64,000 nt of DNA from Octopus sinensis (lineage: Eukaryota): NCBI RefSeq assembly GCF_006345805.1, contig NC_043007.1:37076001-37140000 (forward strand), written 5' to 3'. The translations under genes were made by a program, and so were the position numbers. The notes under the pieces are model-generated. The model did no database searches. It was not told where the DNA came from and saw only the letters and a list, made by a program, of their open reading frames with translations. Below are positions 13,210-26,181 of the stretch, in pieces (the stretch's first letter is position 1; each line of letters starts with the position of its first letter).

Positions 13210-13857
13210 GTTGTTGTTGTTGTTGTTATAACTTATACTTCTTTTTTCTTTTCTTTTTTTTTTTCAGAAAGCGTTGATGTCCCTTGTATCTCATCTCAAC
13301 ACGAACAGCAAACAACACAAACAGTAACCATGCAAGACATGAAATGTCCGAATACAAGAATGAATGAATCAACAAACATTCGCATCCACACAAACACATG
13401 TGCACGCGCGCATTCACTCACACACCCGCGCACACACACATCCTAATAATAGTTTCTGTCCAAATTTTGCACAAGGCCACGAATTTTTTTTTTTTTTTTT
13501 TTTTTTGGAGAGGAATTATAGTCGACTGAACTGATTCCTAATCATTTACTGATTGGCATTTTATTTTATCGACTTCCACGCTCGAAAAGATAAAAGCACA
13601 GCCCAAGCACTGAAATTTAAATTTCCTCACTCCAGGGACGATGAAATATGTACCAGTGAAATACTTAGATTTTCAAGAGGTTGAAAAAAATAAAGACACC
13701 AGTCAACATGAGGCTTGGATTTCATACCTGCTCGAGAAAGAGATCGATAAAATAGCAATCAAGTCTTTTATCTTGATATAATAGATTTTTCGCTTCCCAC
13801 CAACCACCACGAAAATGGATAGCCTCGTATTTATGCAAGAAATTGTTATTATTATTA

Positions 13858-14183
13858 TTTGTAAAGAATAAAAGTTTTGAATGGTACAACAATGCACAAT
13901 AATACAGATAATGGGCTATTTACCTGTTGAAATTTAGTCATCCATAGTCTGATATGATATTTCGGAATAATATTCCTTCTTCAGATATTCTTAGATGGAG
14001 TCGCTGCTATAACCAGTTTTCTAACGGCTAGAAAACCGACTCCATCTAAGAATATCTGAAGAAGGAATATTATTCCAAAATATCATGTCAGACTATTGAT
14101 GACTAAATTACAACAGGTAAATAGCCCATTGTCTGTATTTTAGTACATTGCTGTACCATTCAAAACTTTTTATTCTTTACAAA
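13858..14183. repeat. 326-bp near-perfect palindrome with a hammerhead-like motif in each arm
   Basis: Arms 13858-14003 and 14037-14183 are reverse complements; spacer contains a gttttcta/tagaaaac hairpin. Confidence 0.9.
13952..13988 (-). ncRNA. Minimal type I hammerhead ribozyme-like motif
   Basis: Minus strand: ATAT-CTGAAGA-a-GGAAT-att-ATTCC-GAAA-TA-TC-ATAT. Confidence 0.55.
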
Positions 14184-14285
14184 CAATACACAATGCTTCA
14201 AGCGAACTACAATACTCTCCTATTATTATTATTATTATCGTTATTATTATCATTATTATTATCATCATTATTATTATTATTATTA

Positions 14286-14320
<35 letters not shown>

Positions 14321-14321
<1 letters not shown>

Positions 14322-14632
14322 TCGGATACGTCTCCTTGGTGTTGTGGTTTCTCGACCGTCCAGTATACGGTAGACACTTGGTTCGATTCCCGTAGATGAT
14401 TCTGTCCATTTTCTTTTTTTTTTATGGATGGGGGAATTGACGGAGAATCAGAAGAAAGTCGGAAGAAGTGCTGTGTGGCATTTATTCCTTGTCTTTACGT
14501 TTCGAGTTCTAATCCTGCCGTGGTCAACTTTACTTTCCATCCTTCCAAGATTGATAAGATAAAGTACCAGTCAAGTACTGAGGTTTATTTAATCAAAAAA
14601 TTTCTGGCCTTATACTAAGTTAGAAGCGATTA

Positions 14633-14635
<3 letters not shown>
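14321..14635 (+). repeat. Direct repeat copy 2 with tRNA-Thr(AGT)-like head
   Basis: Offset 1564 bp from copy 1. Confidence 0.8.
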
Positions 14636-14681
<46 letters not shown>

Positions 14682-14683
<2 letters not shown>

Positions 14684-14885
14684 GGCAGTGAGCTTGCAGA
14701 ATGGTTAGCACGCCAGGTGAAATGCTTAGCGGTTTTTCGTCTGCCGCTACGTTCTGAGTTCAAATTCCGCCGAGGTCGATTTTGCCTTTCATCCTTTTGG
14801 GGTCGATAAATTAAGTACCAATGAAACACTGGGGTCGATGTAATCGACCTAATCCCTTCTCCCAAATGTGAGGCCTTGTGCGTCC
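14682..14885 (+). mobile_element. SINE family C
   Basis: Family C head and core after (ATT)n. Confidence 0.8.
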
Positions 14886-14899
14886 AGTATTATTATTAA

Positions 14900-14954
<55 letters not shown>

Positions 14955-15839
14955 TATTATACAAAAACACCTATTATGTATATACGTGCACACGCATATA
15001 TAACTAATATATCGAATGAATGCTCACATAAACAAGAAAATAAGCAAACAAACCAAACAAACAAAATATCAAAAGAATATTAATAGACAACCTTTATTTT
15101 ATTCTTTATATTTAATTTATTTTATTTCATTTTTTAAAATCTACTAATCGCAGGATCTAACTTAATGAGATTAGCTTTTTGAGTTATGATTGTCTTATTT
15201 GTCCTCAATCTTAATCTAAATTTTGGATGGAAAAAGAAAAGAAAAACCAAAACAATCGGACAAATAGTAAATAGATTTGAATGGTAGACTTAATGTGTCG
15301 CCCGGTTTAACTCCACATACATCATCTGACTAATGGCTGCTTCTAGCAGAGTCCACTCGGTTATAAGTATTCGGTCCAGGTCTCTGATGGCTAAGGACGA
15401 TTATCTCCCTTCCTCTCACCAGCCATGTAGACCACAGAAATATCTCTTTATCCCCTGAGAAATAATTCATTGAAAATTTGTACTAATGCATTGGTTTTCT
15501 TAATGCTGTCGTTGTTGGGCTTTGGTTTGTCATAAGGGGATGTCGCTATCAAAATCTGTTGACTGTACCGCCATACCAACAACGGAACACAGTCAGTTTT
15601 TGTCTTTTCTTTTTCTCATTATTTTTCTCATTATTTTTTTCTTTCTTGATTGATATTATTTTTCTATTGTTGTTATTATTGCTGCTGTTTCCTGTTTTTC
15701 ATCTTATTCACCAAGTGATGCTCATACGAAGACACATACCCACGCATATACAGACGACAAGCATACGCACGCGCGCATATACAGACGACAAGCGTATGCA
15801 CGCGCGCATGCAAACGCATATTTACGCATGATCAAACAC

Positions 15840-16555
15840 AAACACAAATACATACACACATGAATATGTACGTACATACATACATACGCATACAGCCATG
15901 TGTGAATATATAAACACATACAAACATGAATATGTACGTACATACATACATACATACATACGCATACAGCCATGTGTGAATATATAAACACATACACACA
16001 TGAATATGTACGTACATACATACATACATAGATACATACATACATACATACATACATACATACATACATACATACATACGCATACAGCCATGTGTGAATA
16101 TATAAACACATACACACATGAATATGTACGTACATACATACATACATACATACATACATACATACATACATACATACATACATACATACATACATACATA
16201 CATACATACATACATACATACATACGCATACATCCATGTGTGAATATATAAACACATACACATACAGAGACTTATATGTCGCTGCGCAAACAATTATCAT
16301 AAGATTTAAAGCTCATAATCAAGTGTGTGCGTATAAGTCTGTATGTATATGTGTGTATATGCGTGTATATATATATATGTGTGTGTGTGTGTGTATGTAT
16401 ATATGTATGTATGTATGTGTGTATGTATGTATGTATGTATGTATGTATACATGTATGTATGTATGTATGTATGTATGTATGTATGTATGTATGCATGCAT
16501 GCATGTATGTATGTATGTATGTGTGTATATATGTATGTATATATGTATGTACGAA
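15840..16555. repeat. Compound minisatellite with (CATA)n, followed by (TATG)n
   Basis: Four copies of cgcatacagccatgtgtgaatatataaacacatac with expanding CATA tracts. Confidence 0.9.
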
Positions 16556-16813
16556 CGTCTTTATGTTTAAGTCATTGGTTTCAGTTGCTTATTAGTGGTT
16601 TTTTTCTTTATATTTGCCACACAAACAAATTTGCTTTGTTTATTTAATATACATAAATACACATATATTGTATATATTAGACAATTATGTATGTGTGTGT
16701 ATACACACACACACACACATATATAATATAGATACATTCATACATATAATCGATTTTATAAATGTATATACGAACAAAATTAGAACACTCAATACGTATA
16801 GAAGTGTGATATA

Positions 16814-16931
<118 letters not shown>

Positions 16932-17537
16932 GTGTGTATGTATGTATGTATGTATGTATGTATGTATGTATGTATGTATAAAACATGATACAATCCGTTT
17001 GTGTCAAAAATCGTAACTAAGTTTCGCGTTTAGCTTATGCTAAGCATCATCAGACATACTCAATTAGTTCGTAAAATGGACACAGTATATTTGCGGTTTT
17101 GTTGTTCCAGGTGATAAAATTATTCTAAGGAGCATAACTCGTTGTATATAAATATTGTTACGTATCAGTTATTTCCCTTGGAAATTCAAAATATGTGAAG
17201 GTGAATAACTTAAATTAATAACTAAGGATGTGGGAAAGTTGGGGACGGCCAAATGAAAATTAATATGAAAGAGTGTTGGAAATATAAGGTCTCAAAGAAT
17301 TATTATTATTATTAGAAAGTGTAGAGAAGAAATAATGTAAAAGGAAATAGAGATAATGTGAGTGATCCCGTAATAAAACACTCTTCTTTTTTTCTTTCTT
17401 TTTTTTTTTTCTTGTTTTACTTTTCAGAAATGAACTAGAAAAGCAATGATGCATAACTTAAATTTATATTATCAGTATTTTATTATAATTTTTAGTATTT
17501 ATTATAATTTTCAGTATTTTTTTTTTTTTTTTTAATA

Positions 17538-17755
17538 TGGCGGAGAGCTAGCAGAATCGATAGCACGCCGGGCAAAATGCTTAGCGGTGTCTCACCTGTC
17601 TTTACGTTCTGAATTCAAATTCCACCGAGGTCAACTTTGCCTCTCATGCTTTCAGGGTTGATAAAATAAGTACCAGTCGAATTCTGGGGTCGATGTAATC
17701 GACTTACCCTACCTCCGAACTTGCTGGTCTTATGTCAAAATGTGGAACTATTATT
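17538..17755 (+). mobile_element. SINE family C
   Basis: Family C head and core. Confidence 0.75.
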
Positions 17756-18430
17756 TATTATAATACTTTTTTTTTAATCTTATATTTTCAACTATTTAAC
17801 TTCTCATTCTCATTTCCATCTAGCAGTTCCTTTTTTCCCCTTCCTTAGTTATATTTCAAATTCTTTATCTTTCATATTTATAAACACCCAAAGGAAATAG
17901 CTCAGCCCGGCAATAGTTATATACGAGTTATGTCCCTTACAAAATTTTAACATTCTTCACGGTACATCAGAAACAACCTAAATTTGTCGCGAATATTTTA
18001 GGAATTGGCAGTTTGATGTTTAATAAGGGTTTGGCATAAACTAAGCATGAAAGTTACGATATATAGTCACTAATAAGCTATATATTATATAATATACACA
18101 TGCAACCATACATACATACACACACACATACATACATGTATACATACTTACATATATATATATATGTAGATATATATATATATATATATATATACATGCT
18201 TACGTTTTAGTTATTAATCCATTCTCTTCCAAAATGATTTATCTTATTGTTGTTAGAGAGCTGAGTACAAAAGTGGGGGTAATGCAGACAATATTTTCGT
18301 CTGCCCTTTTTTTTTTCTTTTTCTCCACATTCTAGTACCATTCTTTACAAACCAGCTGAGGCAAAATAAAGTATCAGTTAAATGAACGACAGCATCCCCC
18401 TTGTACCCTGTGTCTAACCTACAAATCATG

Positions 18431-18469
<39 letters not shown>

Positions 18470-18497
18470 TATTATTATTATTATTATTATAATACAA

Positions 18498-18715
18498 AGG
18501 CGACGAGCTGGCAGAATCGTTAGCATCCTGGACACGAAATGCTTAGTAGTATTTCGCCTGTCGCTACTTTCTGAGTTCAAATTCCACCGAGGTCAACTTT
18601 GCCTTTCATTCTTTTGGGGTTGATAAATTAAGTACCAGTGAAACACTGGGGTCAATTGAATTGACAAGTCCCCTCCCCCAAAATTCCAGGCCTTGTGCCT
18701 ATAGTAGAAAGGATT
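18498..18715 (+). mobile_element. SINE family C
   Basis: Family C head and core after (ATT)n. Confidence 0.8.
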
Positions 18716-19049
18716 ATTAGTATTATTATTGGGGCTTTTGTTAATGTTTTTATGCTTATTTATTTTTGTCATGTTTTTTTTCAAGACAAAATATAGTGAG
18801 ACAATCAATTTGTTTTTGTTTGATAATATTTAAGGCTGTCGTTCTAGAGGATATACATGATCAAACAGACTGAAGTAAGGCTGGTATTGTTCCACGTCAG
18901 CAAACTTAGATGATATAGTAAAATTGATTAAAAAAAAGTGTACAGTTGGCAAAGCACTAGACTTTCCATTCCTTACAGCATGTTGACTGTAGTCTTTTGG
19001 CTGATTTTACCAGTGTGTGTGTGTGTGTATGTATGTATATATATATAAG

Positions 19050-19091
<42 letters not shown>

Positions 19092-19844
19092 CATATATGT
19101 GTGTGTGTGTGTATGTATGTATGTATATATATATATGCATATGCATACAGACATATCACATATGTATATAAATATAAGTATATATGTACTATCGTATTAG
19201 TGTGAATGCAACTAAACAAAAGTACTCAAACAGTCAATACAATCACGTAGAGTGTATTCTTAGCTGAATCTGATTGAATTTTGTACTCAAGTTTCACGTT
19301 CTGCAATATCTATCTCTTTGTCGAGATCTATTTTATGCAAGGGAAATTGAATTCCGTAAAATGGGACAAAAATAGTACCATGCCCACTTGTAAAACACTG
19401 CTACAGTTTTTAAATTAGATACAAATAACTTATAGATAAGTATATAATCTATTTAAAAGAAGGCACTTCAACAACAAAAAGAAAGTAGGGAATTAATCGT
19501 TGTGGGGAAAGTGTGGGTAGATCAGTAATTAATATTAACAAATATTTAAACGGGAGTTAATCAGAGCAGGAGTACTGAAATTGGGGTTGTAATATAATTA
19601 GAGATGATTTCACTATTCTAAGTAAAACCAATACATGTACATACATATACAGTCATATACAAGCACAAACTCACACAGTTACACCCTTAAGTATATATAA
19701 TCAAGAAGGGAAGGAGAGAGTAAAAACATGTATGTGTCATTTATCAAATATAAGAACTTAAAGGACATAATTATTTATATTGTCACAAACATAGTAATTA
19801 ATCTGTTCTATACTGAAAAATGTTAAACTATATGTGCATAATCA

Positions 19845-19890
19845 TTTACATATACATGTACATGCATATATATTATATATATATATATAT

Positions 19891-19924
<34 letters not shown>

Positions 19925-20007
19925 GCATATATATATGCATATATATATGTATATATAATATATATATATATATATATATTATATATAATATATATATATA
20001 TATATAA

Positions 20008-20060
<53 letters not shown>

Positions 20061-20066
20061 TATATA

Positions 20067-20115
<49 letters not shown>

Positions 20116-20196
20116 TATATAATATATATATATATGTGTGTGTGTGTGTATATGTATATATATATGAGTGTTTGTGTGTGTGTATGCATGTGTGTC

Positions 20197-20265
<69 letters not shown>

Positions 20266-20335
20266 GATTGATAGATATATAGATATAGATATATACATGC
20301 ACACAGACACATGCATACACATGTGTGTATATATG
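19845..20335. repeat. Long imperfect (AT)n array
   Basis: Direct reading. Confidence 0.95.
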
Positions 20336-20664
20336 AATATACAATTAAGATGCAGTTATTTTTATTATTATTATTACTATTATTAATAATAACTATTTGT
20401 TGCAATAAAAGAATGTCTAGTAATGTAATGTCCTTCATAATGCCCTTGCGGCAATTAGTGAAATCACTAAACCAACCATTATTACTCTTATATATAATAT
20501 ATAATATATTATTATTATTACTATTATTTATATTTTTGTTATGATTGTTATACTCTTGTATACCTTAGATACTATTTTGTAATTTTAACAGTCTTGTATT
20601 AAAAAGAAATATTTTAAAACAAATATTTTGTCTTCTTATTTATTTCTCTTATAATAATGAAATT

Positions 20665-21123
20665 ATTGTATACAGTGCTCAGGTGCACCACAACTTGTCA
20701 AAAGTGCATATAAAGCATATGCAGTAATGTACAAATGTCTGGAAAGTGAACAATGTATGAGTCAGATACATGCTTGTGTGTGTATGGATGGGAGAAAATC
20801 AGGTGTAGTGTTGGCGAATCTCAGGAAGCATGGAAGTTTTCAAGGATACAGTGCTCCGACAACTAACAATTGATGCCGGCAGTTTGTTCCATGCTTCAGC
20901 AACTCTTAGCTTGAAAAACATGTTTCCGAAAGTCATAGGAGCTGTGCTGTTTTCTGATTTTGTAAACATGTCCACGGGTGTTAGACAGGTGGAGTTTGAA
21001 AAGGTGCTCAGAGTTATTGTTTGTAAGATGGTTAATAATTTTATGGATGTCTGCCAAGTCAGCTACCAGACGTCGGAGTTTCAATGTATCCATGCCCAGG
21101 GAAGTAAGGCGTTCAGAATATGG
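20665..21123 (-). mobile_element. CR1/L2-type LINE 3' fragment
   Basis: PYSERLTSLGMDTLKLRRLVADL...NTRGHVYKIRKQ...FRKHVF matches the CR1 ORF2 C-terminal pattern (RRL..DL, TRGH). Confidence 0.85.
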
Positions 21124-21147
21124 CAAATATACACACGTATATACACA

Positions 21148-21348
21148 CAGGGTTAGCCAGAAGTCACCCAATAGTAAATCAAAATTCCATAAATGCCATC
21201 TGTAATTCTGTATTGACTCGAATGGAAAAATGTGTCGCACAAGAAGGACTTCAGTTTGAACAATTTTCATGATGCTTCATACTTAGCTGCTTCTATTAAA
21301 TTCATTCATTTGCTAAACAAATAGATCTTGAAATTTTGGCCAACCCTG
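21148..21348. mobile_element. Tc1/mariner-derived MITE
   Basis: TIRs cagggttagcca / tggccaaccctg followed by TA; internal remnant VLTRMEKCVAQEGLQFEQ. Confidence 0.7.
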
Positions 21349-21599
21349 TATATATATCATTGCTATTATGCAAAGGTGTCTTAATTCCAAAACATTGTTT
21401 TTCAGAAAACAACAAAATAGTTTCACCATTCCATAGCAAAACTACCCTTTGACAATTTTTGATAACCTGACATCTGAAGCAGCTGGAGATACGATAGTTT
21501 GACGAAAAGAACTGGCTATTGCAAGCAAAAAATAATATTGCAAAAAATGCATTTGGCCAAATTTGGACATACAACAGTTTAGCATAATAATAACAATAC

Positions 21600-21645
<46 letters not shown>

Positions 21646-21760
21646 GCTTTTTATGACAGGTAACGACAAATATATACATTTAGATGGACTGAGATAGTAA
21701 TAAGAGTCATAAAAGTCATTATTATGAGATGATTATAAGGTCAGAAAACAAAGCGTATAT

Positions 21761-22214
21761 ATACAGATAAGGAAATAATTTATTCTCAAATGCAGAATAA
21801 TACTGAGAGAACAGCAGAAACAGGATAAAATATCCATATTTTGCAGAAATATTTATCAGCAGCCAGCCATGAGACTCGAACTCACATCTCTGTGATTACC
21901 GGTCAAGTGTTTTACGATTAAGCTAAACTGTCCACTGACAAATTAATCTATAATTCTATATTTATCATAACTTGAATTCAACATGCAGCATCTTATAGAG
22001 CTAGATTTATAAGTCCAAAAATTGCAACTTAATTTGTCAGTGGGTGGTTTAGCTTAATTGTAAAGCACTTGACCAGTAATCACAAGGATGTGAGTTCAAG
22101 TCTCATGGCTGGCTGCTGACAAATTTTTCCATGAAATATGGACATTTTATCCTGTTCTTGCTGTTCCCTGAGCATTATTCTGCATTTAAGAATAAATTAT
22201 TTCCTTATCTGTAT
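21761..22214. repeat. Large inverted repeat with tRNA-Thr(AGT)-derived arms
   Basis: Arms 21761-21946 and 22029-22214; tagcttaattgtaaagc A box, tga-ccagtaa-tca anticodon arm, gagttcaagtc B box. Confidence 0.8.
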
Positions 22215-22363
22215 TTTTCAATACATCTCAGCTCTTCTAAAAAGCAAACTTTGTTTACATTTATCGTAATTTGAATTTATATATATATATATATATATGT
22301 TGGTAAATGAGTAAGTGTTGACATATACATCTACACAAATTTGTGTGTGTGTGTGTAACTAGC

Positions 22364-22760
22364 TAGGCACAGGAGTGGCTGTGTGGTAAGTAGCTTGCTT
22401 ACCAACCGCATGATTCCAGGTTCAGTCTCACTGTGGTACCTTGGGCAAGTGTCTTCTACTATGGCCTCGGGCCGACCAAAGCCTTGTGAGTGGATTTGGT
22501 AGACGGAAACTGAAAGAAGCCTGTTGTATATATGCATATGTATGTGTGTGTATATGTAGTGTATCTGTGTTTGTCCCCCCCCCCCCAACATTGCTTGACA
22601 ACTGATGCTGGTGTATTTAGGTCCCCCATAGTGGTTCAGCAAAAGACACTGATAGAATAAGTACTAGGCTTACAAAGAATAAGTCCCGGGGCCAATTTGC
22701 TTGACTAAAGGCAGTGCTCCAGCATGGCCGCAGTGAAACAAATGAAATGAGTAAAAGAGT
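22364..22760 (+). mobile_element. SINE family A
   Basis: Family A consensus, CpG-decayed. Confidence 0.8.
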
Positions 22761-22778
22761 AATATGTATACATATATA

Positions 22779-24054
22779 CAGAGACATGCAGGAAGTAAAT
22801 AGACACCTTTAATTTTCAAAATCTTTTATTTAATACACAAAGTGAACAATTGAAATGTAATCAATAGGTAGGACTACATACTTTAGTATATAGTTGACAT
22901 TCCCTTTGCAGTTTTAATTCAGAAACTCTTTTTGGTATTGAACTGATGAGCTTTGTGATTGTCTCTTGTGGAATTTCTGCCCACTTTTCATGCAACAATC
23001 GAAACAATTCATCTTTAGATTTAGGTTTCTGTTGAGTTTTTCATATGGCTCTATCTAGTATGCTCCAAAGATTTTCAATTGGGTTCATGTCAGGAGATTG
23101 GCTCCAACAAGGGAGCTTTTTGATCCCATTTTCAGTCAGCCATTGTTGATTCCTTTTCGCTGTGTGGCATGGAGCCCCATCTTCCATGAATAAAAACTCA
23201 TTTTTCATTATGTTATCTTGTGAATACATCGGAAGTAATCTTTGCTTAAGTATTTCGATGTATTTTTCAGAGTTTATGGTGCCAACATGTTCGATCAACT
23301 CAAAACAACCATTGCTGGTGACAGCTCCCCATACCATTACAGAGATACCGCCATGTTTCACAGTTGGTTGGGGTCATTTCAAATCAAATTCTTGATTGGG
23401 AAGCCTCCAGACCCAAACACATCCACTGTCTGAAAATAATGCAAATCTGGATTCATCAGAGAAAAATCACTCTATTCCGAAATGAACTGGATTATTTTGA
23501 CATTTCCTCAGCCCATTTCTTTCTTTTCATGATATTAATTGGTTGAAGGAGAGGTTTTCTTCTAGCTGCTCATCCATAATACCCAAGCTTATGCAGATAT
23601 GTAACACATGTTCTTGGGCTAATTTCTAGCTGTTTTGCAATGTCAGAAGCCTTTGAACATGTTTTGTTTTCCAAAGTTCTCTTCAAACAGCGAAGCATCC
23701 TTTCTGGGGCCCAGATTGGCCGGGATGAGAATCTGTTGATTCTTTTCCTTGGCTTTTGAATTGCACTATAATTCTATTAAGAGTAGCAAGAGGAATTTAA
23801 AGGTTTTTGGCAATTTTTCGCTGGCTAAGACCAGCCTCAGATTGTCCAACAATATGACCTCTTTGAAAATCTGTCAGTTCTGCTTAACTTTTTGTGCGTG
23901 GCATGGTTCCTCTTCACAAATGTTTAATATGATGGCACTTGGAATGGAAAAGAATAATTACATTATAAATTCTACACCACTGAAAATATATTAAGACGCT
24001 TAGATCAGAAATTTTGAAAATTAGAGGTGTCTATTTACTTCCTGCATACCTATG
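22779..24054 (-). mobile_element. Tc1-family DNA transposon, near full length, transposase with stops
   Basis: About 45-bp TIRs (atgcaggaagtaaatagacacctttaattttcaaaat); motifs FSDESRF, KHGGISVMVWGA, FMEDGAPCH, SPDMNPIENLW (DD34E type). Confidence 0.93.
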
Positions 24055-24058
24055 CATA

Positions 24059-24112
<54 letters not shown>

Positions 24113-24182
24113 CATAATACATACATATATATATATATTGATACACACACACACACACACAATTTGATGTACATATGCATGA

Positions 24183-24221
<39 letters not shown>

Positions 24222-24494
24222 CTATATACCTCAATGTATTGGCCAACATGACAGAACATGTCTAAAGACCATCCTAGGTTTCTCACATTACAATGATTTG
24301 TACTCATACAGCCTCTTAAGAAACCACATTCACATGCACGTCCTCATTTTTAATGTTAATTTCTAATATAGCTCTATGCTTTAATTATTTATCCCCTGTA
24401 TTTATAACACCCTTACAGGTGAGATAATGAAAATAATATACGTCACATTGATAAATCAATACATTATATTACAATGTCGTAATTACTGTTGCTG

Positions 24495-24877
24495 CTTGCT
24501 TGTTTGTTTGTTTGTTGAGCGAAGCGGTCTTCGTTCCATTAGTGGGAGAAGTCCGACACATGGTCCTTTGCTATTCGTAAGACCCGCAGAAGAGAAAGCA
24601 GGTCGACCCCCGACACCGAGAGCATCGACGGATGGATGAATGCGCATCCAGGCTCAGCAGTTGCGTAGGAAGTCAGGGACAAGAAACAGGAAGAAAGAGT
24701 GAGAGAAAGTTGGAGTGAAAGAGTACAACAGAAGTCGCCACCACCCCCTGCCGGAGCCTCATGGAGATTTAGGTGTTTTCGCTCAATAAACACACACAAC
24801 GCCCGGTCTGGGAATCAAAACCGCGATCTTCAGACCGCGAGTCCGCTGCCCTAACCACTGGGCCATAGCGCCTCCAC
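24495..24877 (-). mobile_element. tRNA-derived SINE, head H1 + tail T2
   Basis: Head as 133-519; different tail ending in (caaa)n. Confidence 0.8.
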
Positions 24878-25780
24878 TGTTGCTGCTGATTCGTAGAAAT
24901 ATTCTTTGCTTTTGTTGTTGTTGCTGTTGTTACCTTGCACACATAAGCGAAAGTAGAGTACTGTAGTCGCTCGTCTTTGTCTGTGTGTTTTCAAAATTAC
25001 CGGATGACAGCTGAACGGATTTTTCCCAAATTTGGCAGAAATACTCATTAAGTGAGTGGCACGAAACTCATTGAATTTTGGCAGTTGGGTGAATCAAAAT
25101 TTTCTTTGTTTCATATGCATAAACGATAAGCAGGGGAAAATAACTCTTGATGACATTTTGTTGCAATATGAATTTGAGAATATATTAAGTTAAATTTTTT
25201 TTTTTATCCTGGTGTGTGCGTAGGGTATGCATTGCTCCACGTATGCCATTTTTTTATTGTTGTTGTTGCTCTTCTTCTTCTTCTTCTTCTTCTTCAGTTA
25301 AACCTGCTCAAACAGACATGTGATCATAGATAATCCATATATGATCATGGACTGGGTAAGTCTACTTGAAGCAGTATACTATAGCCAGGTGCAATCACTG
25401 GTGCCAGCTCTGATTTTAAACTAACTTTACCTTTTGCAAGCTACTGGACTGTATGCTTATGCGAGGAATAGACAATATGGACACTGTCTGAGTGACATCA
25501 GTACAAAGAGATTTTAGGGATATGATCCTCCAAAACGTCCAATGCCATTCCTCGTATATCAGGCTTTATATCAGATTGTCCTTCTCCAAAATACATGCTT
25601 TAGTAAAAGCTGAGGAGTGCCTCACTCTGAGTCGTCTTCCAGCATACCAGGCACCAACCGAGAATTTCTGAGGGCCTGTGCAATTGCTAGATGGTCGTTG
25701 AACCTACACTAAGTTCATCCGTCCATTTATATATATATATGTTAACTCAGCCAGCTGGCAGCAAGAGTGATGTGTGTGTG

Positions 25781-25826
<46 letters not shown>

Positions 25827-25898
25827 TATACATTATATATATATATCGCTAGCTACTAAAGCTTTTTATAATTTTCTCTCCTTGTTTTTTCTGCGTTC

Positions 25899-25934
25899 CT
25901 TTCTGTTGAAGAGCATAGGCTCGAAACATAAAAT
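25899..25934 (+). ncRNA. Variant hammerhead-like motif (CUGUUGA core)
   Basis: CTTT-CTGTTGA-a-GAGC-atag-GCTC-GAAA-CA-TA-AAAT; core mismatch and probable CpG decay. Confidence 0.35.
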
Positions 25935-26143
25935 ACTTTCTTACTTCCTGAGTGTTAAACTAATACATCTGTTTGTTGTTTACACGCCCATCTTTGTCTT
26001 TAGTTTTGTTTATTTTTTTGCAAATTCCAGCTATATATGTATATGTATATCAGTTGAATAAAGTTAAAACATGGTCTGGTTTTCATGTTTTCTATTATGG
26101 TATTTCAACATTTAAAAAAATATTTTGTAATGCTCATAAAGTT

Positions 26144-26181
26144 AAATTAGCGCTTTAATACATAGAGTAATCATCAGATTT
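26144..26181 (-). ncRNA. Hammerhead-like motif in left inverted repeat (GAAA to TAAA)
   Basis: Minus strand: AAAT-CTGATGA-t-TAC-tctat-GTA-t-TAAA-GCGC-TA-ATTT. Confidence 0.55.

Noticed and set aside
15455-15575. Minus-strand short ORF MAVQSTDFDSDIPYDKPK...
   Set aside because: About 41 codons, weak donor, no recognisable homology.
15722-16647. CMYV/HTYI ORFs
   Set aside because: Translations of (CATA)n/(TATG)n microsatellites.
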